Below, piece by piece: positions 10,152-19,257 of a DNA stretch of 64,000 nt. Where the stretch lies: IMG/VR virus record IMGVR_UViG_3300033146_000958. The stretch is one strand, 5' to 3'. Position 1 is the stretch's first letter. Each line of letters opens with the position of its first letter. The notes under the pieces were generated by a model. That model was not told the origin of the DNA. It saw only the letters and a list, made by a program, of their open reading frames with translations, and ran no database searches. A program made the translations under genes and the position numbers. The stretch comes from an uncultured virus (IMG/VR IMGVR_UViG_3300033146_000958) (Duplodnaviria; Heunggongvirae; Uroviricota; Caudoviricetes).

Positions 10152-11459
10152 TTATAAATATTTATTCTTCCATACATATTCAATTAAATTATTTAAATCA
10201 TCTTCTTTACTTTTCTTTTTTAATTGTAAATCAGATGTCTCAGTTTTAATTCTAAAAATCCTTCCAATTGTGTATTTATTAAATATTTCCTTTAATATAT
10301 TTTTTGATATATTAATAACTGTACTTATATTATTTATCATCTTTTCTTCGTTATCTGGATTTTTCTTTAATTCCTCTGATAAATGTGGTCGTACCCTCTT
10401 TATAATATTTAGTTCGGTTATCTTATCATCGATATCTTTTATCTCCTTTTTAATAACACTTTCAATTACTTTTTTATAAATATTGTAAATAGTTATAATC
10501 ATTTCATCTATTGAAGATAATACAACTTTCCCTTTCATATTAACCATATTACATTCAAATGATACTGATCCCGTAATTTCCTTATCTATTTTTGTTTGTA
10601 ATTTACTTATTTTATATCCACGTTGTCTTAATATTTTTAATCTTACATTAGTTTCACCTTTAGCAGATTCATCAACAAATCCTAAAGATTTTTCTATTTG
10701 AATTTCTTTTTCGAATTTCTTTAAAAATGTTGTGAATGATTTATTGGGTGGTAATGAATGAATAATTATAGAATTGTTTTGTGAATCAATACTATAAGTC
10801 CCTTTAAATTCAATCTTCTGTTTTCCTTTAATTAGAAGATTTTTTAAATCTACATCAGGAGATGTAACAGTACAATTACTTTTTGGTACTATTATTGGTT
10901 CCTTTCCTTTCTTATCATTTAATAACCATTTTAATCTTTTTATTAAATCTTTCTTTTCATAGCATGGTATTAATGTTTTATATCCAAATCCTATTCCTTG
11001 TGTAAATGAATTACCTAATAAACATATTGGAAGTTTAGTTGGTATAAAAGATGGTTCTTCTTCCAATTCTTTTACTTGTTTTGGAATTTCATTGATATAT
11101 TCAAACGCTAATTTCAACATTTCCTTGTCCGCCCTACATTCAGTATATCTCATGGCAGCTGCTGGAGATGGTGTTATTCCCATATTATTTCCCCAATTAC
11201 CTTGACCAGTTACAAAATCATTTTGAACTAATCCTACTAATGAACCATATGCACTTGTGTCGCCGTGAGGATGAAATCTTCCTATACAATCTCCAACAAC
11301 TCTAGCTGCCTTAACTTTTTTATCTTTAGCGACTAGATATACACAGTATAATAATCTCCTTTCTACTATTTTACAACCATCTAATATAGATGGAAATGAT
11401 CTGAATTCGTTAATGTATCTTCCATAATCACTATACAATTCTGGAACCATCTGTTTCAT
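10152..11459 (-). CDS. gyrA: type IIA DNA topoisomerase subunit A (GyrA/ParC/T4 gp52-like, no C-terminal pinwheel)
   Basis: DGCKIVERR, HPHGD, GQGNWG, AAAMRYTE catalytic Tyr; only 435 aa. Confidence 0.93.
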   Translation of the reverse strand: MKQMVPELYSDYGRYINEFRSFPSILDGCKIVERRLLYCVYLVAKDKKVKAARVVGDCIGRFHPHGDTSAYGSLVGLVQNDFVTGQGNWGNNMGITPSPAAAMRYTECRADKEMLKLAFEYINEIPKQVKELEEEPSFIPTKLPICLLGNSFTQGIGFGYKTLIPCYEKKDLIKRLKWLLNDKKGKEPIIVPKSNCTVTSPDVDLKNLLIKGKQKIEFKGTYSIDSQNNSIIIHSLPPNKSFTTFLKKFEKEIQIEKSLGFVDESAKGETNVRLKILRQRGYKISKLQTKIDKEITGSVSFECNMVNMKGKVVLSSIDEMIITIYNIYKKVIESVIKKEIKDIDDKITELNIIKRVRPHLSEELKKNPDNEEKMINNISTVINISKNILKEIFNKYTIGRIFRIKTETSDLQLKKKSKEDDLNNLIEYVWKNKYL

Positions 11460-11552
11460 ACTACATAATCTCCCTATACAATAATAGATTCAAATATAGT
11501 CACTGAACATCAAATATTTATAATATTCAGTGACTATATCATATTTAAAAAG

Positions 11553-14500
11553 TCATACTAATTTTCGTTTCAATGTAGAATCAATCATTAATTTAAATAT
11601 TGACGCTACATCATCAGGATATGTCACAGGCATCAATTGTCTACGTTTCTCTTCCAATAAACATACTTCTATATCAGAAGAATTCATCTCACCCAATCCT
11701 TTAAATCTAGTTATTTGCGATTTAGGATACTTCTCAACGAATTTATTTAATTCGTCTTCACTATAGAATGGATAGAATTTTTTATTGTGCTGTGTACCAT
11801 ATAAAGGCATTTTAGCAACATATATATGTCCATTTTTAATTAACTCAGGCATCATTTTTAAAAACAATACCATTAATAATGTTGATATATGTGCACCATC
11901 TGAATCTGCATCACATGCGAATATGATCTTACCATATCTTAATCCTTTAATAGAAAAATCTGGTTCTATTCCTGTTCCACATGCATTTACAATTTCTTTA
12001 ATTTCCTCGTTTTTCAGAAAATCTTTTCCGCCTGCAGCAGTATTTGGAATCTTGCCTTTCAATGGTAAAACAGCATGAATCGCAGGATTACGACAGTCAA
12101 GGAGACTTCCTTCCGCTGATGTGCCTTCTGTGATAAACAATTCTGAATCACTAACAGTATGAGTAGTACAATCTTTTAATTTAGATCCAATTACAGAATT
12201 AATTCTAGTAACTGAACCGCTTGATTTAATAATAGCCTTCGAAGAATCTAACTTTTTTCTATATGTCTGAAAGAAACTTAATAATTGATTTTTTAAATCT
12301 ATATTATCATTCAGATATTGTCTTAATTGATCTGCAGCCGTTTTATAAAGATGATCTACTTTGTTTTTTGCAATAGATAATCTTTCTTTATTTTGTGAAG
12401 AATACTCAGGTTCATATAACATAACTGATGTATACGCTCTAAATCCAACAGTAGTATCTTGTTTATTAAAAGTCAATTTATCTTTCTTACCAAACTCCAT
12501 AAAAATATCTCTAAACATATCAAATGTTCTATTTATATGAGTTCCTTGATCAACACTTAATAAATTAACACATCCATGTTGTCTTGATGCAGGAGAACCT
12601 TCTAATGAATATGCCCATCTTATTGATAATTCTTCATCTTTTTCTTGAACATGAATATTTACAGGTTTAGTTAATCCTTTTTTATCTTTTGCTACAATAT
12701 CATCTTTAAAATATTGATCTAAATCACAATTAATTATTTCATTATTACCATCAATCCTTAATACCAATTTTAATTTTGGTATATGAATAGATGCGATTTT
12801 CATTCTTTTCCTGATATAATTAATATCAACACCAGTCGACTCAAAATATTTTTTATTTGGTTTAAATGTTATTCTTGTAGAAAATGGAATATCATCTATG
12901 TGATCTATATGTTCATCATTAATCAGTTTAGAATATTTCCACTCATAAGTCGCTTTTTTCTTATCTCTAAATACTTCAATTTTATTAGATTCAGAAAGGG
13001 CAGTAATGGCTACAATACCAACTCCGTGGCGTCCAGAATTATGAACTACAACACCGTTTGATAATACAAAATTATGATTTATAGGTGTATGTATGTCATA
13101 TACTGGAATTTTTTCATTTAATTTTATTTTTTCAATTTTAATAACTTTATGATTATTTTCCTTATAATACACAAGTAAATCATCGAAACATCCAAAATAT
13201 TTATCAATTGCAACTATTGTAGGACAATATTTAGATCTATATTTTTCATATGTAGTTAAAGTTATATCATAACCATCTTTTACAATTTTATCTAATGTAG
13301 ATAAAATTCTCTTGATAATCATTGCTGATCCATTAGTTATAATTAATTTATCATATATAGGTGTATTTTTATTAATCTGTTTTTTTATAATTTCAATTGA
13401 ATCATATTTTTGAATAACTTTATTAAAAGAAGCTACACCATAAGGTCTATATTTGTCCCAGTTCATTTGACAAACTTTAATATTATTTACGATTAATGTT
13501 TTTAAATATTTTTTTATTTTTTTATATTGAAGTTTGAATTGGATATTCTCTTGTAATAAATATTTTTTCATAAATCGACTTTTTTGTTGTCTGTGTTCAA
13601 AAGTTCTAGTATACTCAATCAACTTATGAATTGTTTTTTTGCCGCATTCACTACTTTTCATTCTGCCTCTACTACTTTTATTGTATTTAACTAAACCGTC
13701 ACAATTAATAACTCCTCGTCGTCTTAACTCAGGGACGTGAATTTTCAAATGTTCTGATTTATTATCTAATGTCATTAAATTTTCAGGAAGATCATTTTTC
13801 TTATTAAGATCTTTATGATGAATTGCATAATTAAACGGAACTGAATCGTTCAAATACTCATATACATATTTACATAATCTCTTATAACCTCTTCTATGAA
13901 ATTTGATGTTTCTTAAATATTCATATGTATTATTTGGTCTTATACATGTATATCCATCAATTTCTTTAATATAACACGGCATTAATGAATCACTTGATTT
14001 TAAATCTTTTGCTTCTTTATACACACCATCTCTCATTAAAAATTTATGTTCTTTCGTACAATCCACAAAAGTATTATTATCAATATGAATTCTATATAAT
14101 TCATCTGTGTATCCAGTTATACTAGGACACTCAACTTTTTCAGGAACCCATTTTCCATCTGTCGTAGATGATAAGACCCAAAATTCTTCATTTGGATGTT
14201 CTGCCATGTATTGAATAGTAACATATCTACCATCTAATAACATGATCTTAGTATCACCTCTTAAACAAGCGATGCCATACGCTTTTCCTTCTCCTTTATT
14301 AAATTTACCACCAGAAAATAATTTACTGGCGACAGTTTTAATAGTATCATTTTCAATTGGAATTCCTCGACCATTATCTGCAACTGAATATACATTATTT
14401 TTTGTATCTATCACAACTGCTAAAACAGTAGCATAACCAGCGTTTGCTTCATCCACTGCGTTATCATATGCTTCAGTAATTAAATGAGTTGCTAAAGCCG

Positions 14501-14591
14501 TATCTCCAATATACATACCCGCGTTATGTTGGATATGTTCAATCTCTTCCATTACTTTAATTGTATTATGATCATATGTTGACTTACTCAA
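11553..14591 (-). CDS. gyrB: type IIA DNA topoisomerase subunit B, intein-containing (TTG start)
   Basis: GMYIG, EAYDNAVDE, DNGRGIP, GRHGVG, ITEGTSA, PLKGK, DADSDG, RFKGLGEM. Confidence 0.95.
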   Translation of the reverse strand: MSKSTYDHNTIKVMEEIEHIQHNAGMYIGDTALATHLITEAYDNAVDEANAGYATVLAVVIDTKNNVYSVADNGRGIPIENDTIKTVASKLFSGGKFNKGEGKAYGIACLRGDTKIMLLDGRYVTIQYMAEHPNEEFWVLSSTTDGKWVPEKVECPSITGYTDELYRIHIDNNTFVDCTKEHKFLMRDGVYKEAKDLKSSDSLMPCYIKEIDGYTCIRPNNTYEYLRNIKFHRRGYKRLCKYVYEYLNDSVPFNYAIHHKDLNKKNDLPENLMTLDNKSEHLKIHVPELRRRGVINCDGLVKYNKSSRGRMKSSECGKKTIHKLIEYTRTFEHRQQKSRFMKKYLLQENIQFKLQYKKIKKYLKTLIVNNIKVCQMNWDKYRPYGVASFNKVIQKYDSIEIIKKQINKNTPIYDKLIITNGSAMIIKRILSTLDKIVKDGYDITLTTYEKYRSKYCPTIVAIDKYFGCFDDLLVYYKENNHKVIKIEKIKLNEKIPVYDIHTPINHNFVLSNGVVVHNSGRHGVGIVAITALSESNKIEVFRDKKKATYEWKYSKLINDEHIDHIDDIPFSTRITFKPNKKYFESTGVDINYIRKRMKIASIHIPKLKLVLRIDGNNEIINCDLDQYFKDDIVAKDKKGLTKPVNIHVQEKDEELSIRWAYSLEGSPASRQHGCVNLLSVDQGTHINRTFDMFRDIFMEFGKKDKLTFNKQDTTVGFRAYTSVMLYEPEYSSQNKERLSIAKNKVDHLYKTAADQLRQYLNDNIDLKNQLLSFFQTYRKKLDSSKAIIKSSGSVTRINSVIGSKLKDCTTHTVSDSELFITEGTSAEGSLLDCRNPAIHAVLPLKGKIPNTAAGGKDFLKNEEIKEIVNACGTGIEPDFSIKGLRYGKIIFACDADSDGAHISTLLMVLFLKMMPELIKNGHIYVAKMPLYGTQHNKKFYPFYSEDELNKFVEKYPKSQITRFKGLGEMNSSDIEVCLLEEKRRQLMPVTYPDDVASIFKLMIDSTLKRKLV
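13038..14267 (-). mobile_element. 410-aa intein with HNH homing endonuclease
   Basis: Starts CLRGDT; block B CTKEHKF; ends VYDI...HNFVLSNGVVVHN followed by Ser; internal IHHKDLNKKNDLPENL HNH motif. Confidence 0.93.
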
Positions 14592-15140
14592 GATATTACT
14601 CCTCTCTTAATTGATGATAAATTATTTCCCATTTATTAACATAATCATACATACTCATAAAACTTTTCATACTGTTAACATAAGATAAGATGATTTCTTT
14701 TTTTCTAAATAATTCTTTGCATTGAATTCCTATATGATTAGTTGGTGTTATATAAACATTTATTACTTTATAATATTCATCTTCTGTAAATTTTCTTAAT
14801 AAATACTTTCCAATCAAAGCTGACTTTGTAGTATAATATTCGTCCATCAATATATGATCACATTGTTGAATAGATTCACCATCTAATATATTTATTATTC
14901 TAGATGATTTAGAATAATATATTGACTTACTCAAGATATTACTCCTCTCTTAATTGATATTGAATTATTTCCCATTTATTAACATAATCATACATACTTA
15001 TAAAACTTTTCACATTATTAGTATAATATGTAATTATATTTTTCCTTTTAAATAATTCCTGACATTCAATTCCGATATGTTTATGATCTATATAAATATC
15101 TAATACTTTATAATATTTATCTTTTGTACATCTTCTTAAA
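14579..15140. repeat. imperfect tandem duplication, period 343 bp
   Basis: Identical 37-mer TTGACTTACTCAAGATATTACTCCTCTCTTAATTGAT at 14579 and 14922; identical 36-mer at 14620 and 14963; weaker similarity continues for ~200 bp. Confidence 0.9.
14596..14934 (-). CDS. hypothetical protein, paralog of 14939..15235
   Basis: Shared KY.LR..T.D.YYKV...HIGI.C.ELF...SF.SMYDYVNKWEII..QLREE. Confidence 0.7.
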   Translation of the reverse strand: MSKSIYYSKSSRIINILDGESIQQCDHILMDEYYTTKSALIGKYLLRKFTEDEYYKVINVYITPTNHIGIQCKELFRKKEIILSYVNSMKSFMSMYDYVNKWEIIYHQLREE

Positions 15141-15235
15141 ATATATTTTTTATATAAACATCTTTTAGCATTTGTATATTGTTCCATTAGTTCATGATAT
15201 ATTTGAGTGGTATTATATTCATAGAATTTTTTCAA
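14939..15235 (-). CDS. hypothetical protein, paralog of 14596..14934
   Basis: Same shared motif as its paralog; TTG start after AGGAGG. Confidence 0.7.
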   Translation of the reverse strand: MKKFYEYNTTQIYHELMEQYTNAKRCLYKKYILRRCTKDKYYKVLDIYIDHKHIGIECQELFKRKNIITYYTNNVKSFISMYDYVNKWEIIQYQLREE

Positions 15236-15239
15236 AATA

Positions 15240-15623
15240 TTATTCCTCCTGCATCTGAAAAATTACTGCGTTTAATTTTGATAATATTTTTATGATTTTA
15301 GTATAATGAAATTCTTTATCCCACCAATATTGTTGTCTCCATACTTGTCTAAATTTTAAATATTCATCAATAGATTTTAAAACATAAAATTTTTCTTGAC
15401 TATTTTTTAAATCTAATGTAATCATGTAATATTCTAAATTAGGATGAAGAAATTTCTTTTCATATTTAATTAATCTACCAGTATATAACACTTGTCTTTC
15501 TTTAACTACAATAATCATATTTAATAATTTATTTAAATCATATCTTCCACATATAGGTTTTTTGGATTTTTTTAATTGTCTTCGTTTTATAAATCTTCTA
15601 CGATCCCGTCCTTTTTTATTCAT
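15240..15623 (-). CDS. hypothetical basic protein
   Basis: 127-aa ORF; ends FQMQEE, similar to the YQLREE of the downstream paralogs. Confidence 0.6.
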   Translation of the reverse strand: MNKKGRDRRRFIKRRQLKKSKKPICGRYDLNKLLNMIIVVKERQVLYTGRLIKYEKKFLHPNLEYYMITLDLKNSQEKFYVLKSIDEYLKFRQVWRQQYWWDKEFHYTKIIKILSKLNAVIFQMQEE

Positions 15624-15634
15624 AATAATTACAA

Positions 15635-16642
15635 TTAATGATCTAATACATCATCAGAAAAATATTCACTCATTAAAATACATGTCCAATTACATCCTTC
15701 ACAATATCTAATGTAATCATTCAACATTGCAGATGATAACCAAGGAGATAATATACCATCAATATTAATCCAATTATCAATTCTTGGTACATCTACTCCT
15801 CTTATTCTTAAACATAATCTTAATTTACCATCAGGACTTATCGTTATATTATGAATATCATTATAAATATTACATGACATATTAGATGGAAGATTATTTT
15901 TTAATTTATTTAAAAGTTCTGGAATATGAATAAGTAAATTTTTATCATTCATACATTTATTAAATTCATCTTCTACATCTTTTTTATATAATAACATATC
16001 ACTATCTGGTTTGGATGCAAAATCATAATATGAATTCTTTTTATCATCTATACATGTTATAGATGAATATATTTTATTTTTACTTAACTCTTTCACTGTC
16101 TTATATAATAAATGAATGTTTTCTTTATCTGTTGTAATTTCTGCTACTACATCTTTTGCAATATTATTTTTTTTCATTTCAACAAGTCTAGTGAATCCTG
16201 CATAACTCTTTTTATATCTATCTGTTGTTTTATCTGCATTACCATCAAATATTAAAGGATCAACACTTGATGTGAATCCTGTAAATTTTCCTCCGATATC
16301 ATCAAGAACTTTCTTAATTCTATGTTGTATACCATCAGTATTATTCGATATTATAGTATGATTAACATTTTTATTCTGAAACCATTTTATAATTATACTT
16401 AAATCATTATATACAAATGGTTCTCCTCCATATATAATAAAGAAAGAATTTATATTATTTTCTAATATTTTTTGAAATATTTTAATCCAATCATTTCCTG
16501 AAATTTCATTTTTTGAATAATATTTCATATCTGGATATTTTTCTGGTTTTTTTGGATAATCTTTAACTAAATCACAATAACTACAATTTAGATTACATCT
16601 TTGAGTTAATAAGACATTAACTATCTCAATTTGATTTTTCAT
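15635..16642 (-). CDS. radical SAM protein with C-terminal SPASM/twitch-like Cys cluster
   Basis: CNLNCSYC, GGEP, C...ISPDGKLRLC...CEGCNWTC. Confidence 0.9.
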   Translation of the reverse strand: MKNQIEIVNVLLTQRCNLNCSYCDLVKDYPKKPEKYPDMKYYSKNEISGNDWIKIFQKILENNINSFFIIYGGEPFVYNDLSIIIKWFQNKNVNHTIISNNTDGIQHRIKKVLDDIGGKFTGFTSSVDPLIFDGNADKTTDRYKKSYAGFTRLVEMKKNNIAKDVVAEITTDKENIHLLYKTVKELSKNKIYSSITCIDDKKNSYYDFASKPDSDMLLYKKDVEDEFNKCMNDKNLLIHIPELLNKLKNNLPSNMSCNIYNDIHNITISPDGKLRLCLRIRGVDVPRIDNWINIDGILSPWLSSAMLNDYIRYCEGCNWTCILMSEYFSDDVLDH

Positions 16643-16919
16643 CTTCTATCTCTTTCTTTATTTCGTTTATTATTCTATTTGTTATCATAATATTAAATTC
16701 CTCTTTAATAACTACAACACCTGATGCTAGCAAACAAATGAATCCTAATTTATTACATTGGATTGATATACATATAAACGCTAATATAGCTCCTATTCCT
16801 AACCATGTAATTATTGATTTCATAAATTTATATTTTGATGTTAGATGTATTTTCAACTCCAGAAATTTATTATTTATTATCATAAAATTCTCCACCATTA
16901 ATATCTCATTTATTATCAT
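16626..16919 (-). CDS. small membrane protein
   Basis: Two hydrophobic segments; true start uncertain. Confidence 0.5.
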   Translation of the reverse strand: MIINEILMVENFMIINNKFLELKIHLTSKYKFMKSIITWLGIGAILAFICISIQCNKLGFICLLASGVVVIKEEFNIMITNRIINEIKKEIEDEKSN

Positions 16920-16944
16920 AAAATTTTCTACCGTTAATATCTCA
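16873..16944. repeat. two-copy 36-bp tandem repeat
   Basis: TTTATTATCATAAAATT(C/T)TC(C/T)ACC(A/G)TTAATATCTCA at 16873 and 16909. Confidence 0.85.
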
Positions 16945-16959
16945 TTTATAATTTAATTT

Positions 16960-16994
16960 AAAAAAGTGCGCCACCATATTTCAGATGACGCACT
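16960..16994 (-). terminator. intrinsic terminator downstream of the SSB-like gene
   Basis: Minus-strand stem AGTGCGTCATC/GGTGGCGCACT (11 bp with G-U pairs) followed by a T run. Confidence 0.8.
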
Positions 16995-17024
16995 CAAAAC
17001 CGGGTGTAGTTTTATTAAAAAAGT

Positions 17025-17945
17025 TTAAATATCTATATCTATATCATCAAGATTAAAATCTTCATCTGATTCTGTTGATGGTTCTGCAGGTGATTGAGTA
17101 TTTTCTTCTGCGATACTTTCATCTTTATCAGAAGAATTAGTTTCTGGAAATTGTTTTAATCTACTATCTGTTTGTGGAGTTGTTGGGGCAGATGTTGTCA
17201 TTATTTTTGATAAATCAAATTGTTCATCAAATTTTGAAGTATATTTTTCTGAATCTTCTAACATCTTTACAACAACTTTATCTGGAAGTGATTTAATCGC
17301 AGTATATTCAAATACAGATTTGTTCCCATAATCAGAAGATTTCAATCCAACACTTACACGAGTAATAAATCTACGTGGTGTAACAACATTGGCTTCAAAT
17401 TCAATATCATCGGATAATGGTTTTAATTCAGTTGCTCGTTCTTGAAGTTCATTAATATAATCAGACCCACCCATATATTTCATTCCATTATTTCTAAAGA
17501 AAATAAATACTGGATTTCCTTCATCATCACTAACTGTTTTCATTTTTTCATCGAGTAATACTCCAGCAAAGATCAAATGAAATCTACAATTATCACAAAA
17601 TCCATTTTGTCTTTCTGTTGCGGATGGACAATTTTTTCCTGAGGTGGAAATTGCATCTATTTTGTCACTATAACTAAAACAAATTGTTTTTCCATCTTTA
17701 TTATTATTAACTCTAAGTTTTTTAATGAATAATAATACAAAATTTATCTGTTTTTGATTATTTGATACGAATTCTGGAGATTCTCCTTCCCAACTTTTAA
17801 TAATCTGCATTGTACCTACTGTTTCACCATCTCGTGGTTGTCCAGTTATGTATACTGATTTGAACATACCCGCTTTTCTCTTCTGATTTGTCTGTGTTGA
17901 ATAATTTGATAATCCTGAATATTTGTTTTTGTTAATTAACGCCAT
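17025..17945 (-). CDS. putative single-stranded DNA-binding protein
   Basis: Cys cluster (C...CP...CDNC), flexible linker, very acidic C-terminal tail EDFNLDDIDIDI, strong AAGGAGG RBS, own terminator. Confidence 0.55.
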   Translation of the reverse strand: MALINKNKYSGLSNYSTQTNQKRKAGMFKSVYITGQPRDGETVGTMQIIKSWEGESPEFVSNNQKQINFVLLFIKKLRVNNNKDGKTICFSYSDKIDAISTSGKNCPSATERQNGFCDNCRFHLIFAGVLLDEKMKTVSDDEGNPVFIFFRNNGMKYMGGSDYINELQERATELKPLSDDIEFEANVVTPRRFITRVSVGLKSSDYGNKSVFEYTAIKSLPDKVVVKMLEDSEKYTSKFDEQFDLSKIMTTSAPTTPQTDSRLKQFPETNSSDKDESIAEENTQSPAEPSTESDEDFNLDDIDIDI

Positions 17946-18064
17946 GGAATAATTTCCTCCTTAAAAATTGGTTTATACTACACTTATAATTTTAATTTTT
18001 AACTACTCATTACCTATATCCTATGTAATTAACCTCCTTTAAATAAATTTTTAGAACAAAAATT

Positions 18065-18290
18065 TCCCCATTTAATTTTTTGGCAGGCACCTGATAAATA
18101 AAAGCACCAAGTGGGTTGATACTATACTCCACATAAAATTTCATTATATAATTAAATATAACAAAACATATATGGATAGTATAGTACTAACCTACTTGAT
18201 CAATTACTTATCAAGTACCAGAACGATTACGATATATTTATAACATCATAATCTAGGATTAAAATTCTATAAGAATTCTTAATCATAAAT
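18065..18290. other. structured non-coding region (multiple hairpins) upstream of the SSB-like gene
   Basis: Inverted repeats 18111-18128/18178-18195, 18193-18200/18210-18217, 18257-18268/18272-18284, 18088-18095/18106-18113. Confidence 0.55.
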
Positions 18291-18302
18291 TAATATATAT
18301 AG
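18289..18302 (-). promoter_or_regulatory. putative early-class phage promoter CTATATATATTAAT
   Basis: Same motif at 32174 and 61990, each intergenic and pointing into a gene. Confidence 0.45.
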
Positions 18303-18317
18303 AAACCGTCTTCCATA

Positions 18318-18554
18318 TCAACCATTAATTGTCAAAGGATTTTTTGAATTATTAAAATCAATTATCATATCATCAGAATGTATTCGACTAATAGTATTAA
18401 CTATAGCCTTCAATTCTGGTGTTATAGTCATACTAAACATTATTTCAGTATTATCCATAAATTTCATATGAATTCCTTCATGTGTATCTGAACACGCTTT
18501 GATATCATTTTTTTGTCTTGTAATTACCATACTCCCTTTGATTATTTTTATCAT
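18318..18554 (-). CDS. hypothetical protein
   Basis: 78-aa ORF, AGGAGG RBS, ATGA-coupled. Confidence 0.65.
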   Translation of the reverse strand: MIKIIKGSMVITRQKNDIKACSDTHEGIHMKFMDNTEIMFSMTITPELKAIVNTISRIHSDDMIIDFNNSKNPLTING

Positions 18555-19186
18555 TGTTCTAAACCTCCTTTAATTAATATTAATTCATTAATTGTTCTAC
18601 TAACATCCTTATTTACTAATTTCATAAGACAAAATATTATATCAGTTTTTTGTCCATTAAGAAAAAAATAACTAACCATTATTGGAATATCAAATCCTTT
18701 ATCACGTTTATTTTTTATTACTTCTTTAATATGTTTTCTCAATATTGGAAATCTAAATAATAAATATTTTGTAGTTTTAATAGGATCTCTTATAATTTCT
18801 GGATTATCAATAACTTCTAAAAACGGTATCAATAAATCCATATAATTTTTTTCAAAAAATAATAATGTATTCATTGCAGATGTATGATAATTAATTAATC
18901 GTTTATCTTCTGCATATGGATCTAATCCTGGTAAATGATATACTTCAATTAACTTATTTAAACAATTATAATAAAATTGTTTTAATGCATCCCAATCTAA
19001 ATCAATATTAATTTCATCAAGAAATAAATCAATATGTTGTGAATTTTCTTTATTTCCTATATGTTCAGTAATTGTATCACATTTATATTGAATATAATTT
19101 CTATTTATAATATCAGAATTATCTGCAATATCATCTTGATAATCAGGATGTATGAAATGGGAAGTATAATATAATCTATTTTCCAT
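18551..19186 (-). CDS. hypothetical protein
   Basis: 211-aa ORF with GGAGG RBS. Confidence 0.7.
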   Translation of the reverse strand: MENRLYYTSHFIHPDYQDDIADNSDIINRNYIQYKCDTITEHIGNKENSQHIDLFLDEINIDLDWDALKQFYYNCLNKLIEVYHLPGLDPYAEDKRLINYHTSAMNTLLFFEKNYMDLLIPFLEVIDNPEIIRDPIKTTKYLLFRFPILRKHIKEVIKNKRDKGFDIPIMVSYFFLNGQKTDIIFCLMKLVNKDVSRTINELILIKGGLEQ

Positions 19187-19257
19187 TTCGAACTTCCTCC
19201 ATTTTATTTTTATTCTTTTTAGTTAGATTAGATATCTTTTTAGTTTTCATAACTAAT

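Noticed and set aside
10152..11459. True supercoiling gyrase
   Set aside because: Subunit A lacks the C-terminal pinwheel and GyrA box, so it is more likely a relaxing or decatenating topoisomerase II
15635..16642. Radical SAM gene as queE
   Set aside because: Longer than typical QueE, has a SPASM/twitch-like Cys tail, and is not adjacent to queD
16873..16944. 36-bp repeat as a mini-CRISPR or iteron
   Set aside because: Only two directly adjacent copies with no spacer; looks like a simple slippage duplication
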